Positions 37,151-50,222 of a stretch of DNA of 64,000 nt are shown here, piece after piece; within the stretch, counting starts at the first letter, position 1, and each line of letters opens with the position of its first letter. The DNA is taken from contig NW_024704743.1 in NCBI RefSeq assembly GCF_018977255.1, positions 4,032,001-4,096,000 on the forward strand, given 5' to 3'. A model generated the notes under the pieces. That model saw only the letters and a program-made list of their open reading frames with translations, was not told the origin of the DNA and did no database searches. A program made the translations under genes and the position numbers. This DNA is from Callorhinchus milii (Eukaryota).

Positions 37151-38272
37151 TATTTATTTATACACTTAGACACATAGACTAGCACGTGGCAGCGACTGAT
37201 GATCGCAGCTCCCTGAATCGAGCAATGTTGACCTGCCCAGACCTTCTCACGCCTCGAGGGAGGATGTGCAGCAGATAATAACTCGCAGCTTCTCTCCACG
37301 TAAAACTCACTCGCTTGTTATCTCGCCAACCTGCTGGAAATAGCATCAAAGACAAGTTCACACAAGTTGATCAACTGACGTGTTTTTTAAACTGGTATCG
37401 ATCGGAACCCAACGGAGGGAATGACCTTCTCGTGCTTAGCGACTAAACATGATTCAAAAAAAAAATGTCTTTAAGTCACCCTGAGTGGCCCTTTTTCGCT
37501 GGTCAAGTCGGGTAGAATCGGTCCCTCACCTAATTGGTGTTTGTGGCGCATCGCCAGTTGTCTGCCGTGGTCACCTGTGAGTAGACAGTCACTGCACTTT
37601 GCAGTAAAATGCTGCGAAACGCTGAGACATATCAATGGCGTGATAAGGAGCTCGATCGAATGCAAGGATTATTATTAGTATGTATTATATCTTCTGAAAA
37701 GCGCTCATATTAGGCTAATGCCTTTTTAGAAACGTAATTTACTAGGATTTGAGCGAACGGCAATAGAGGCAAATTTAAAGATAATTTTCCTGGGAGCCTA
37801 TAGCCAAATACTAAAATGTGTCTTTCCCCGTCATTTTGTGCGGTCTGCAATTTCATGCCTTTAATTTCAGGCTTATAATACGAGCCTTAATTAAGAAACC
37901 CTCGAGTGACAGAAGTACCTGCGAAATGGCAAGTCTTCCCCTCTATCCCTGCCATGTTCCTTGATTAAAGCTTCAATCTCCAATGTTCTTCAGAACCACT
38001 CTTCAATTACAAGTCGAGCCTTAAAATCTGAAACCAGACAGCCAGGGATTTCCTGCGCGCACTCGAGATGATTTAGAAACCGGAGATCGAAAGACCAACA
38101 CAAAAAGAAAGGCAGGAAATGTAAACCATTTCGTTAGCTCAACCTGAATAAAAGCAGGGGACTTTTCATTCAGTTCAGGCCAGGTTCACAATAATCGATG
38201 AGCAGGAGAGAATGATGAGGCAACCAAGTTCACAGGACGGTAAAACGTAATGGCAGGACAGACACCAGGAAG

Positions 38273-38485
38273 TATAATAATAATAATAATAATCCTTGCA
38301 TTTGATATAGCGCTTTTCACGTCGGGAGGACGTCCCAAAGCGCTTCACAGAACACACTGTAAAGTGAATTGACTGTATATTTGTGGGCGAACGCGGCAGC
38401 CAATTGCGCACAGCAATGTCCCCCAAACAGTGGTAGATTGAAAATGACCAATTTATTATTGTTTGGGGTTTTGGAGGGATTATTA
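38273..38485 (-). mobile_element. Young SINE, short subfamily, 3' part
   Basis: Near-identical to the 3' part of the 8533-8859 copy; tail gcgcttttcacgtcgggaggacgtcccaaagcgc. Confidence 0.9.
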
Positions 38486-38567
38486 TGTATGTCATTACAC
38501 GGAGAATAATTAATGATTGGAACGGAAAATAATAATCCTTGCACCTGATATAGCGCCGTATCACATC

Positions 38568-39152
38568 TGGGCTCGACTACGTCAACTCCCTGCCTTGTCG
38601 GCCTTCCCAACTCTTCCCTCCGCAAGGTGCAGAACATCCAGAACTCTGCAGCTCGTGTCCTCTCTCCCCCGCACCAGGCTCCGAGATCCCATCACCCCCA
38701 CCCTAACCCGGCTCCACTGGTTCTCCATCGCCCAGAGGATAGAGTTCAAAATCCTCGTCCTCGCATTCAAGGTTCTCTATGGCTTTGCCCTTCCCAACCT
38801 CTGTAACCTGCTGAACCCATATCAACCTGTGCTCCCTCTGCTCAGCAGGCTCCGGTCTGCTCCACGTTCCCCCACCCAGCCTGCCCACCATCGACAGTCA
38901 GGCCTTCAACGATTCTGCCCCGACCCTTTGGAACTCCATCCCACATTCCCTTCGCCTCTCCCCCTCCCTCAAGACATGTCATAAAATCCTCCTCTTCGAC
39001 CGAGCCATCAGCCACCCTCCTGCTCTCCCTGCCATCCCACCCTCCCTGATCTCGACCCCCACCAACCCGGGTCCAAATCCCTGACTGTCCAGAGCCTTGG
39101 GACGTCCTCCCGACGTGAAAGGCGCTGTACAAATCTAGTTTTGTATTCTATT
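38568..39152 (+). mobile_element. L2 insertion with 10 bp TSD inside an older SINE tail
   Basis: GTATCACATC at 38558-38567 and 39153-39162; L2 C-terminus RLHWFSIAQRIEFKILVLAFKVLYG; the host SINE continues in reverse to ~39450. Confidence 0.92.
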
Positions 39153-39619
39153 GTATCACATCATCAAAGACAAATCAAAGCGCTTCACGAGAGTTTAGCT
39201 CTACACAGGAGTGTATTGATTGTATATTGGTAGTTGAACCAGTTTTCCACACAGCAATGTTCCACACAAAGCCATGAAGTGGATTGTTGGCCAGGGACAC
39301 TGGGAGAAACTGCCTTCTCTATTCGAATAGTGCAGTGGGATCTTTAACCCGCCAGACGGGACCTTAGTTTAACATCTCATCCGAAAGACAGCACCTCCAA
39401 CAACCTGTATTCTCTCAACTCCATATCGGAGCATCAGCATTGACTGTGAGTCCTGAGGTGGTTGAACGAGGACGGTTGAGGATGGGACTCTAGATTTATT
39501 TATTTAATTTATTTAAGAAAGCAGTGTGTTGCTATAATGAGAGGACTGCGGGGTGGATGTCCTGAAAGCACCTGATTAAATGAGCTGCAAGGCTTTCTTC
39601 ATCCTTTTGGAATTGACAG

Positions 39620-39712
39620 GATTAGTTGAGGCACAGATCTAATTAAATGGCGGAACAGGCTCGCAGGGCTGAATGGCCTACTCCTGTTCCTATGGTCTTA
39701 TGTTCCTATGTT
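39620..39712 (+). mobile_element. CR1-type 3' tail
   Basis: aatggcggaacaggctcgcagggctgaatggcctactcctgttcctatg. Confidence 0.8.
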
Positions 39713-39909
39713 CATCCCAACCTCTCACACCATCTTGTGAGAGCACAAACTTAATCCAAGTTTTAAGACAACAACATCATCTTACATTTACAGCGTCCAT
39801 CAGGTAGGGTAACTCCGTAGAGCGCTTACATATTAGAGAGGTAAGAAGAAGCCATTTAACCACAACTCTCACACTTGGAAACAGAATGTCTGAAAGCTTG
39901 CCCATTGCT

Positions 39910-40293
39910 AATAATAATAATAATAATAATCCTTACATTTGATATAACATCTTATCACGTTTTCGAGACGTCACAAACCGCTTCACAGACTATATTGTAA
40001 AGTGAATTGACTGTATATTTTCTGGGTGATACGCGGCAGTCAGTTGCGCACAGCAGCGTCTCACAAACAGTCGTGGATTGAAGCGACCAAATTATTACTA
40101 TTTTTTGAAGGAATTATTACACCTGGAACAGCGATCCGCCGATCGACTAGCAACCGGGTTCCTATTTACTGCTGGGTAACCAGAGGCGTGTGGAGTAAGG
40201 AAACTTGCCCAACATTTCGCCCTGCCCGGGAATCGAACCCAGGTCCTCTCGCTTGCCAGGCGAGGGCTCTAACCCCTGAGCTACAGGACTCCG
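39910..40293 (-). mobile_element. Full young tRNA-SINE, long subfamily
   Basis: Complete reverse copy with intact B box. Confidence 0.92.
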
Positions 40294-41144
40294 ATAGTGA
40301 GTTGAATCGGGCGGAAAGACATGAAGCAAGCTGAGCGGGCCATGAGGTCACAGTAATAGGGTGCGGCAAGGTCATGGAGACACTTAAAAGTGAGGACCGG
40401 GATCCTGAAGTTCATCTGCTGGGGGATGGGGGCTACTGCTCAAGAAGTATTTATTCCCTAAGTGTGTTGAGAAGGTTGGAATTATTACAGCGTTATTGTC
40501 TTTACCTGCCTTTCTTATCTGTGAAGCGCTTTGAGACGTCTTGAAGACGTGATAAGGCGCTATATCAAATTCAAGGATTATTATTATTACGTATTATCGT
40601 ATAACATGGTGCAGTCATCCTTATCCTGCCCAGGGGGTCTGTAATAAACCTCTGCTCTTAATCCTTTCATCCTCCTGGTAAGTGACCTAATAAGCCACAA
40701 GCAAACCACAAGTACCTTATCAACATATAAGCATAAAACCAGGATTGGTTTCAGCTTTCAATTGCCTTATGAGTAATTCATGGTATATTTTGTTCAACAT
40801 ACTTAAGAGGGAGTGTATTTTGGATTAAAAACAATTTATTTTAATAAAGTGGCGGGTTCCTCTTTTTCATGTTATATTATTCTGTTCATTTCTAAGCTGC
40901 GTTCAAAACGCATCAATGAAAAGGACATTTCAAGCCTCTGTGATGGAACCACATTAAGCGCAGGTTTCAAGAAACTGGTTAAAGGGTTTCGGTTTAATGT
41001 CTCATCTGGATTAAGACACCTTTACAGTGCTTCCCCACTCATCTCGGGGATAATAATAATGATAAGTTATTATTATTCTTGGAGATGGGGAAGGTTTCAT
41101 TATGTTACTGGATTGGCAGCTGTACACGTAGACACACCGCTTTG

Positions 41145-41325
41145 AAACAGACCAGACCATGTGGTCCAACTAGTCCTCGCCAGTGTTTAAACTCCACATG
41201 ACCGCTCACCCTTCCTATTCCCCTCACCCTAAACCCTTCTCCCTCACGCATGTATGTATCCAGCTTCCTCTTAAATACATTGATGCCTTTTGCTTCAACA
41301 ACACAGCCACTGGCAGGGGGTTTAC
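41145..41325 (-). mobile_element. CR1 3' end
   Basis: Reverse of tgttgaagcaaaaggcatcaatgtatttaagagg...atgcgtgagggagaaggg...gtggagtttaaacactggc. Confidence 0.7.
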
Positions 41326-41854
41326 TATCTGACGTACCCGTTGGATGTTGCGGAGACTCTATTTGCGCTCACTCGAGAAGCAGCCGCAACAACAACTTGC
41401 ATTTTAATCGCGTCCTTTTGCGCAGGTAGCAACTCGGGCAGTTAATCGATTGGGGGGAAAAAATCATTCAGGGGAAGAATGTTCCAAAAAAACGGTTAAC
41501 AAAAATAACAAGTGTTTAAAACAAGCAGGTGGCAGTGACTCGGACACAATTGGACCCCTTCTGTGCGGCAAGTTTATTTTTCGTCCAAACTGGTGGTTAA
41601 GGAAGCGTCTAAACCTGTCTCTTCGGCTTCGCAAATGGTATTTTACGTCGGTGAGGTCGGAAACTCAAAGAGCTTCACAGCACATAATCACTGCACGGCA
41701 GTGTATCCCGCGAAGGGCTCCTCCTGACACGAAAGATCATCATTATATTCCCCGCGATTATTATAAACCAGGTAAGGATCATTGTTGTCAACCATTTTTG
41801 CCGACCTGCGCCTAATACATTCCGTAAGCAGGCCGCGTCTCCTCCAGGAGACAC

Positions 41855-42000
41855 GACGCATTCCGTTGCGGACACGGGGAAATTTCCAGCCCGCGGGGAA
41901 ATTTTGCGGGATTTCCAAGCAGGATTTCTAAACGAAGAAAACGGAGGGTGGAATGATTCGGATTCTCTTAAGCCCGCTGATGGGTTTCCGGGAGCGTAAA
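41855..42000 (+). repeat. Unclassified ~150 bp repeat, diverged copy
   Basis: gcattccgttgcggacacggggaaatttcc...gattctcttaagcccgctgatgggtttccgg. Confidence 0.6.
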
Positions 42001-42577
42001 AAGGCCTCGACGTTATTAAAAGTCTTGAAGTCGAACGTCTCAGAAGCAGAAGCTCAGAAAAAAAAGTTCCTGCAACTGTAGTGACTGTCCAGGCTAACGC
42101 AGCAGCCAATTAACATTCAGCAACATCCCACGAGTGGTCATGAAGTGAGTGACCGATTTTTACCCGGGGTAAATATTGGCCAGCACATTGGGGGAAAAGC
42201 CCCTTCTCTTCTTCGAACAGTGCCGCAGCATCTACAGGAAGACGGTACTTCAGTTTAAGCGCTCCGGGACACTGCCCCGTGTGAAGGGAGCTACATAAAT
42301 GCAACTTGTTGCTGTTGTTGATAATATCTCATCTGTAGGACGGCACATCTCTAACAATGTAACGTGCCCCCAACACTGTAAGGGAGCGTCTGTGGGTTCG
42401 AAGGCTTGAATGCACAACCTTTTGAGTTAAATACAAAAACACTACCAACTGAGCCAGGTTAACCGCTCCCCATATTTCCTAAGGGAGACTTATTTTAAGA
42501 AATCCCAAAGTCCCCGACACCGACCAAAGGGATCAAAGCCCCAAGTCAATGTATTTTCAGAATAGAGTCCTGGCAGC

Positions 42578-42702
42578 GTAATAATAATAATAATAATAAT
42601 AATAAGCATTTGATATAGCGCCTTATCACGTCTTCGAGACGTCTCAAAGCGCTTCACAGGATAGCTTATAAAGTGAATCGACTCTATATTTTGTGGGCGA
42701 AA
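42578..42702 (-). mobile_element. Young SINE tail
   Basis: (AAT)n followed by gcatttgatatagcgccttatcacgtcttcgagacg. Confidence 0.88.
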
Positions 42703-43484
42703 TTTCCTTTGGGCCAACATTGCACTTCCACCTAACAAAAGGACTCCACCCTCTGTTTTCTTCATTTAGAAATCCTGCTAGGAAATACCTCAAAATTGAC
42801 CCCAGTATTTTGAACGTAGCTTCTGTTTTGGCTTGTGGTGAACTGTTGTCGGGTTTCTCCTGTGAATTGGTTCCCAGGAGCTTCACGTTACAAGTGGGTA
42901 TCGGAATGAATGATCAATAATTGCACTCGGCTTTCAGTGAATGGCTGCTAATCACACCCTTTTCCTTAGCCACTTCAGTAATGAACACCCCATTCATTTG
43001 CCACAAGCATTAACCCAATAATATGATAAAGAATGTGTCAATCAGGCAAAAAAGCAACTTAAAAAACCATAAAGAAAAGTACTTTCATTTGCACCATTGT
43101 GTTGCCTTGCCCTCCCATCAGACGTGCTTTGTCAATCCAATTGATGGTGCGTTCAACGCATCCTGAAGCTCTATTTAAGTGTTACTCTCTCGAAACAGAG
43201 AATGATCTTGTGCTACGCTGGATGCTATTAGATTTGAACCTTTTCTGCTATTATGTTTTGGCTGTTTCCCTCTGGTACACGTGGAATGTTCACTGTTCTT
43301 TACAGCATCCTTAGAAGCGATACCCCACTTCGCAATTACATATCCAACTCCCTTTTAAACATCCCAATTGATAGGTATGTATTAAAGAGACACGCACACA
43401 TTCATACACACACTGATACCCACACATATATGTGCACCCTCATGCATACAAACACACATATACGCTATTTATTGTGATTGTTAC

Positions 43485-43722
43485 TTTGGGGGCGAAACGC
43501 AGCAGCCAATTGCACACAAACAGTCGCGGATCGGGTCATTAATTTTTTTATGGAAGAATTTATTAGCCCCGGAAAGGGATCCACCAGTCGACTAACAATC
43601 GGGTTCCTACTTACTGCTGGTAAACAGAGGCGTGGCGAGTAAGGAAACTTGCCTAAGGTTTCACCCTGCCTGGGAATCGAACCTGAGTTCTCTCGTTCGT
43701 GAGGCGAACGCTCTAACCACTA
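43485..43722 (-). mobile_element. Young SINE 5' half
   Basis: Reverse head and the long-subfamily block. Confidence 0.85.
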
Positions 43723-44704
43723 CACCTCAGCATTCCCACATAGCACAGTGGTGAGCTCGCACACCCTTCTGACCCATAAAGTCAGAGGCGAGAGAGCTAC
43801 CCACTGAGCCAGGCTGACACACGCCTTATCACCCTGAAAATACCCCACGAGCGTAAAAGATTTGCAGAAGTAAAAGGCACACAAATGGTTGAAAAAACAG
43901 CTCCTGAGGAATTTCTCTCTTTCAATGAAGCAACTTACTTCAGCCTTGATGCAACCTGAACTGACAGCTTTTCATTTCAAGGTGCAATGGAGAAAAGGTT
44001 AAGACGCTTTGGCAATCTAATTGAATTTTGCTCGTCCCCAGCTAACAGAGCAGAGTTGGTAAATATTTACAAAGTCCAATCTGCCCTGTGTCCCGTATCT
44101 GGGACAGTGTTGCCTATCTGGCTAATACCTACTCACGGGGAAAGACTGCAAGCAACAGCCGAAGTCAATTAAACGCGGTACAATATTAGCGGAACGCACT
44201 TCTGAATTGCAGGTGTGCAAAGGGAATAAAAACCCAGAGCGCAACTGAGTAATGTGCTATTGATGGCGAGCGACAATACGCGGCTGTCAGTTTCACTTCA
44301 GTTTCGGTAAACTGCGAAGGTTTGTAATGTGGGATGGAAGTTGCAGGACCGCTTGGGAGAATCACAAAGCTGATCGCGTCCAGTCAGCACGGAGCCCTAA
44401 AACTGGTGAATCGTTCTCGAACGACCTCTGTGAGATCTTCCTGGACGAAATGGCAGTGAGGACAAAGGAAATGCAGTTGGTGTGGTTCTTTTTTTATATA
44501 TCAATGGATTCTCGTCAAAGCATTTGATCAAGTGTCACATAAAATACTTCTGGCGAAGATTACAGTCGACGTGTGTAAAGGGGTCGGTGGCTTCGTTGAG
44601 GGATGATTGAAGGGCAACAAATAAACAGTAAGGATAAGTCCTCCCCACGTGAAAGCTGCTACACCGACGTAATTTGTTGTTGTCGTCGTCGTTGTTGTTG
44701 GGAA

Positions 44705-44810
44705 GAGGTCACACGCGGGAACCCATCGCCGTAGGTAAAAGTATCCGAACCCGACTGATTCACATATACGTGCAACCCGGAAATTTCCCTGCGTCTGGGA
44801 TGGAATGTGC
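44705..44810 (-). repeat. Unclassified ~150 bp repeat copy
   Basis: acacgcgggaacccatcgccgtag...ggaaatttccctgcgtctgggatggaatg matches the family in reverse. Confidence 0.6.
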
Positions 44811-45457
44811 ACTCTCTCTCTCTCTCTCTCTCCCTGGAGAGACAGACCCCGCCATTATGTTGTTCCAGAGTGTTGTAGGCGCAGGTTGGCCAGAAGCACA
44901 GCTTGGGACACTCCAGAGTGTGCGTTGGGTCACAGCTGGAGTTCCGCCAGCTACAGCGGCAGAGCTTGCTATTTAAAGCACCGTCCGGAGAGCTCGTTCA
45001 CTTGTGTTCTGGCCACAACAATTCCCCCAGAGAAGAAAACCCAAATGGTTATTTAATTCACGTACTGCTTGCGGGACACTTCTGACACAAATTAGCTGCT
45101 GCAGTTCACCTCCGAGCACGCGTTGCGGTAAATTCTGTGAAGTGCTTTGCGACGTTTTGACGATGTGATAAAGCAAAATATTATTATTATTATTATTATT
45201 GTAGACCGTTACCATAAATGGGGAGTTTAAATTTGAAGAAACTCGAGAAGTTGAGGCTTTCTTTTCACTGTGGCTGGGATGTGGAGGTGGGTTATGAAGG
45301 AACATGATAGGATAGATAATAACAGCAGCTACCTTTTTCGTGAGCTGATCACAACCCTGACTGGAAGGATTTTCTGCAGTACCTCAAATTGCTCCCGTCA
45401 TCTGTTCTATTTTCCTCCCTGCTTTTTGCTCCAAGCGGCCGAGGGTTATGAATGTAA

Positions 45458-45850
45458 TATAATAATCCTTACGTTCGATATAGCTCCTTACCGTGTCGTT
45501 AGTACGTCTCAAAGCGCTTCATAGAATACACTGTAAAGTGAATTGACTGTATGTTTTTGTGGGCGAAACGCGGCAGCCAATTGCGCACAGCAACGTCCCC
45601 CACAAACAGACGTGGATTGAGCGACCAGTTTTTTTTTTTTGAAGAGATTATTACCCCCGGAAAGCAACCCGCCAATCGAGTAACAACAACGACGACAACA
45701 ACTTGCAATTCTATGGCTCCCTTCACACAGGGTAGCATCCCAGAACGCTTAAGTTCAATCAGGTTGAACCAGGTTCCTACTCACTCCAAGGTAAACAGAG
45801 GCGTGGGGAGTAAGGAAACTTGCCTAAGGTTTTGCCCTGCCCGGGAATCA
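45458..45850 (-). mobile_element. Young SINE with a small L2-tail insertion (~45680-45752)
   Basis: The SINE body is interrupted by acaacaacttgcaattctatggctcccttcacacagggtagcatcccagaacgcttaa. Confidence 0.8.
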
Positions 45851-46829
45851 AGGACGGGACATTAATCAATACGCTACAGGACTTTGCAATGAAGATAATA
45901 ATGGTAGAAATCCTTCCCTCTGGTACAGCTCCACGCGCATCAGGAGGATGTCCCAATGTACTTCAGTGAAAACAACGCGTCTTACAGCGAAGAAAGTCAA
46001 GGGTCGCTTTCCCTTGAGGGAATATCGCGCCTGTTTTCGGTGGAGGGTTAAAGATCCCAAGGCACCGCTTGAAAAGTGAAAGGAGTTTGTCCCCGTCAAC
46101 AACCCCCCGAATAAAGGGAATCATTTGGCTTCACGGCTGTTTGTGGAACATTGCCTCGAAGAAACAACAACGTGCCCGTTACCACAGTGACTGAGCCACT
46201 TTGAGGAAAATTAAATGTATTGTCGAGAAAAAAAAAGGGGCTTGTAGATTGTAAAGTGGCATTTTGCTCACTTCTCCCTCAGGGCTCCCTGATTACTATT
46301 GTGCATTAAGTGGATTTTACTTTTTTACTTTCTATTTATGACTCTTTCAGGCTTTGCACATTAAAAACCTTTTAGTTTAATGTTATGCGAGATGTTCTGC
46401 AGCAACATTTCAGCACTGCACACAGTCGGTAATGAGTAAATATTGGCAAAGCTCCTAAGTTTAATGCTTAGAGAATGTCAACACACATTTGTGTAACAGT
46501 GCCATTTAGAGAGGGTGTATGTACTTTGGAATGTAAGAACTTGTTAAATTGGAGACAGATTATTCAAGAAAGCAGAACATTTTCGTTGGCAGAAATATTG
46601 ATGAGCTGAGGTAATTTTACAGTTAATAAAAAAGCACTTTACCCTCATACAAATTTCGGTCTCAAATGTTTATTTTAAGCTGACATGCGAGAATTAATTA
46701 TAAGTGTTGTGCAGAGAAGCTTGGAATATGGGTGAGACGCCCGGATCAGGAACGGACAGAAATGGGTCCAGTGTTGTGTAATTAATTCTTGCTCTTTGGT
46801 TAACTCCTTCGAGGAACTGGATTAATGTC

Positions 46830-47085
46830 CCGTCCTTTAGATAAAATGTTCAACCGAGGTCTTGGCTGCCTGTTTGGGTGGAAGGTTAAAGATCCCACGC
46901 CACCATTTGAAAAGAGAAGGGAGTTTCTCCTTGTGGCCCGGCCAACCGTCGTATAAAATGAATCATTTCACTTCACGGCTGTTTGTGGAACGTTGCTGTA
47001 AGCAAGTTGGCTGCTGCATTCTCCTACAAAATACACAGTCGCTGCACTTAATGGTATATCCTGTGAAGTGCCTTGAGACGTTCTC
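46830..47085 (+). mobile_element. Older Deu-domain SINE body
   Basis: caaccgaggtcttggctgcctgtttgggtggaaggttaaagatccc...ggctgtttgtggaacgttgctg. Confidence 0.8.
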
Positions 47086-47089
47086 TCAA

Positions 47090-47238
47090 AACGCTGCCTG
47101 GAATCGAGAGTAGAAATGGAGAAGTAGGTTTGATTGTCATTCACATACATGTGGAAGTCCTGACGTCCCGTGTCTCTGGAATGACGTGACCAAGAGGGAG
47201 CATGTAGAGGAGAAAAGGGAGGAGCTGAGAATAGAGGT
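47090..47238 (-). mobile_element. L2 RT fragment (YADD region), inverted relative to its neighbour
   Basis: Reverse encodes [11 protein letters not shown] and FHMYVNDNQTYFS, with frameshifts. Confidence 0.8.
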
Positions 47239-47356
47239 ATGTCTAACCTGCGATACATCACAGGTTACCATGTGAAGGCCGGAGGAGAAACTATTACAGG
47301 AGCAAAAGTAGTGGTAGTAGTTGCAAGACTTATAATTGGATATAAGAATTATAATC

Positions 47357-47800
47357 CGTGCCGCCCACAGCACAGAAACAGCCCTGGTCAAAGTGACAAA
47401 TGGCATTCTGTCCATCTGCGACCAGGGCTCCCTCTGCTCCTCGCCATCCTTGATCTCTCTGCTTCCTTTGATACCGTTGACCACTCTATCCTCCTCCACT
47501 GCCTCTCCTCTCACCTCAACCTTTATGGTTCTGTCCTTGACTGGTTCACATCCTACCTCTCGCACCACCCCTACTTCATCTCCATAAACGGTTTCTCCTC
47601 TAGCCCCCGCACTGTCTCGTGCGGCGTTCCTCAGGGCTCTAACCTTGGACCCCTCCCTACCTCTGCATCCTGCTAACTCCATATCGACCTGTCGACTCCT
47701 TCCGCTCAGCAGGACTCCAGGTCCCCCACCCCCAGCCCGCCCTACCATCAGCAGTGGACCTTCAGCCTATCTGCCCCCACCCTTCACAAATCCATCCCAC
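47357..47800 (+). mobile_element. L2 RT fragment with an internal deletion
   Basis: [43 protein letters not shown], then jumps to the 3' region. Confidence 0.9.
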
Positions 47801-48239
47801 AGTACTTCTAGAATATGGCTACTAGAGCGCACGAACAACAGAGGCCCAACTGATGGCTGGATTGAGTGGACCTGACGTCAGCTGTCTCTCTGAAATAACA
47901 AAGAAATATGATGAAAGGAGAAGCAAAGTAGCGATTTATCTCACTTATTAAAACAAAAAAGGTCTACTTTGCAATGTTCATATAAGGGTTAGCTAATTGC
48001 AGCCTCCGGTTTTGTGAATATTGGAATATTCGCAACGTGTGGGGAAGCCTTGAGAGTGCAACAGACAGAGCTACAGCTTACAGATCAGGAGCTCACTTGT
48101 TCAAACCCCCGGTCTGAGCAGAGTTTGCTCCCTGTGGGGCTTCATGGCAAGGTTAAATTTGCCCCAGCCTTCCCAGAGATAGGAAGGTTAAAAAATCTGC
48201 TGTGTTTATTAGTCCCAGTCCCTCTTCAGTGCCCTCTAC

Positions 48240-48242
<3 letters not shown>

Positions 48243-48297
<55 letters not shown>

Positions 48298-48620
48298 CTT
48301 TGCATTTGATATAGGGCCTTATCCCATCATTGAGACATCGCAAAGCTCTTTACAGAATATATGGAAAGTGAATTCACTGCGTATTTTGTGGACGAAACAC
48401 AGCAGCCAATTGCACACAGCAGTATCCAAATATTTTTTTTCAAGGGATTATTACTCCCGGAAAGTGATCCACCAATCGACTAAGAACCGGGTTCCTACTT
48501 ACTGCTAGGCAAACAGAGGCGTGTGGAGTAAGGGAACTTGCCCATGGTTTCATCACGCCTGGGAATCGAACCCGGGTCCTCCCGCTTACGAGGTGAGGGC
48601 TCTAACCACTAAGTCACAAG
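48243..48620 (-). mobile_element. Young SINE with a long (AAT)n tail
   Basis: About 18 AAT units at 48243-48297, then reverse tail, body and head. Confidence 0.9.
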
Positions 48621-48804
48621 ACATTCTCTACAATTGAGTGACCTGCCGATACCCATTGCCAAGGCTCATTGACACATTAACATTGGCCACTTGGGCAGGA
48701 GTTCAGGGGGCAACCAGTGCTTTAGGAACTGCACCACAGGCAGAGATGGCTGGTGACCAGGTGCAGAGGATCAGAGGGTGGTGACCATGGCACCCGGGTA
48801 AAAA

Positions 48805-49110
48805 TGGATGAGACGTCAAACCAAGGTCCCGTCTGCCTGTTCAGTTGGACCTTGAAGAAATTATGGCACTGCTTGAAAAGAGAAGAGGGTTTCTCCTGGT
48901 GTCCTAGCCAACAATCTCCCAGATAAAATTGGTTACTCACTTCATGGCTTTTGGTGGGACCTTCCTGTGTGAAAATCGGCTGCCGTGTTTGTGTGCAAAG
49001 TACCCAGTGATTACACTTTAGAGTGTATCCCGTGAAGTGCTTTGAGTCGTTCTCCCGATATGAAAGGCACTGAATCGAACGCAAGGTTTATCAGTGTTAT
49101 TATTCTTATT
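48805..49110 (+). mobile_element. Older Deu-domain SINE body and tail
   Basis: ggatgagacgtcaaaccaaggtcccgtctgcctgttcagttggacc through to the tail. Confidence 0.85.
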
Positions 49111-49257
49111 ATAGCGGAGACAAAAACAACAGACATTTAATAGAAATTCCAGTTGGTAAGTAGACTTGGACCACACCAACCCCGGTCTCGGACTATTTCT
49201 GGGCAAACGGAGCTTGGAACCTTTTTTTTTAAAATGACTTTATAAGCACAACCTCAC

Positions 49258-49367
49258 CTGATCTTTGTCGGAAGCTCAAACTCACTACTCCGAGAGCAAA
49301 TTGATCTTCTTGTTTCTAGTGTTGGTCACAGAGGATGGTGCCAGCCAAGAATAATGCCTTCAGGCTA
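49258..49367 (-). other. Candidate non-coding exon
   Basis: Acceptor ctctgattctatccaatattgcttccctctgcaacag (NAGNAG), donor CAG|GTGAGG; stop codons in all three frames. Confidence 0.4.
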
Positions 49368-49898
49368 CTGTTGCAGAGGGAAGCAATATTGGATAGAATC
49401 AGAGTTTTAACACTTTAGGTTTGATCATGTGTGAGGATTGCACACCGAAAGATTGCAAGGCACAGTCTCTTCACTGTACACAACGTTGAGACTTTGTGAT
49501 GGCACTAAAGTCAATCCGTCTCTGATACTGCTGCTCAGAGAGAAAGCTATTTGGGATGCATCAAAAGATATTGGCAGATATTTTTGACAGTTTCAAAAGT
49601 GCAATCTTCATATTAAAGTTTTTACATGAAGACTAGACTTCTCAGACTGTCAACAAATATCTGTATCGTGGTGGACTGCGCTGATATCAGGCATTCCCAG
49701 GCGTGACTAATATTACTGAACGATCCAAAGAGCTGCACGTTCTCCTCCCAGCATTGCTCCTTCTTTTTTTTTTAATCTCGATGAGTTACATTTGAAATGT
49801 AAAACTCACTGCTGCGCATGGCAGTAATTTCACACATTAAGGCAACGAGCTGGTAAGTAAACGCTGCTTGAAATGGAACAGTGAAATTAATGTGGAAT

Positions 49899-50222
49899 GT
49901 GGTTAGAGCACTCGCCTCGCGGGCGAGAGGACCCGGGTTCGATTCTCGGCAGGGCGGAAGGTCAGGCGAGTTTCCTTAGCCCATACGCCTCTGTTCACCT
50001 AGCATTAAGTAATTAACCCGGTTGTTAGTCGATTGGTGGATCGCTTTTTCAGGGGTAATAATCCCTTAAAAAGATGATTTGGTCACTCAATCCACATTTA
50101 TTTGTGGGACGCTGCTGTGCATAATTGGCTGCCAAGTTTCACCCACAAAATATACAGTCAATTCACTTCACAGTATATTCTGTGAAGTGCTTTGAGGCGT
50201 TTTGAAGACATGATAAGGCACT
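49899..50222 (+). mobile_element. Young tRNA-SINE, long subfamily
   Basis: gtggttagagcactcgcctcgcgggcgagaggacccgggttcgattc through to the tail. Confidence 0.9.

Noticed and set aside
38160..38246. Possible 61 nt plus-strand exon (ARFTIIDEQERMMRQPSSQD)
   Set aside because: Weak splice sites and no recognisable family.
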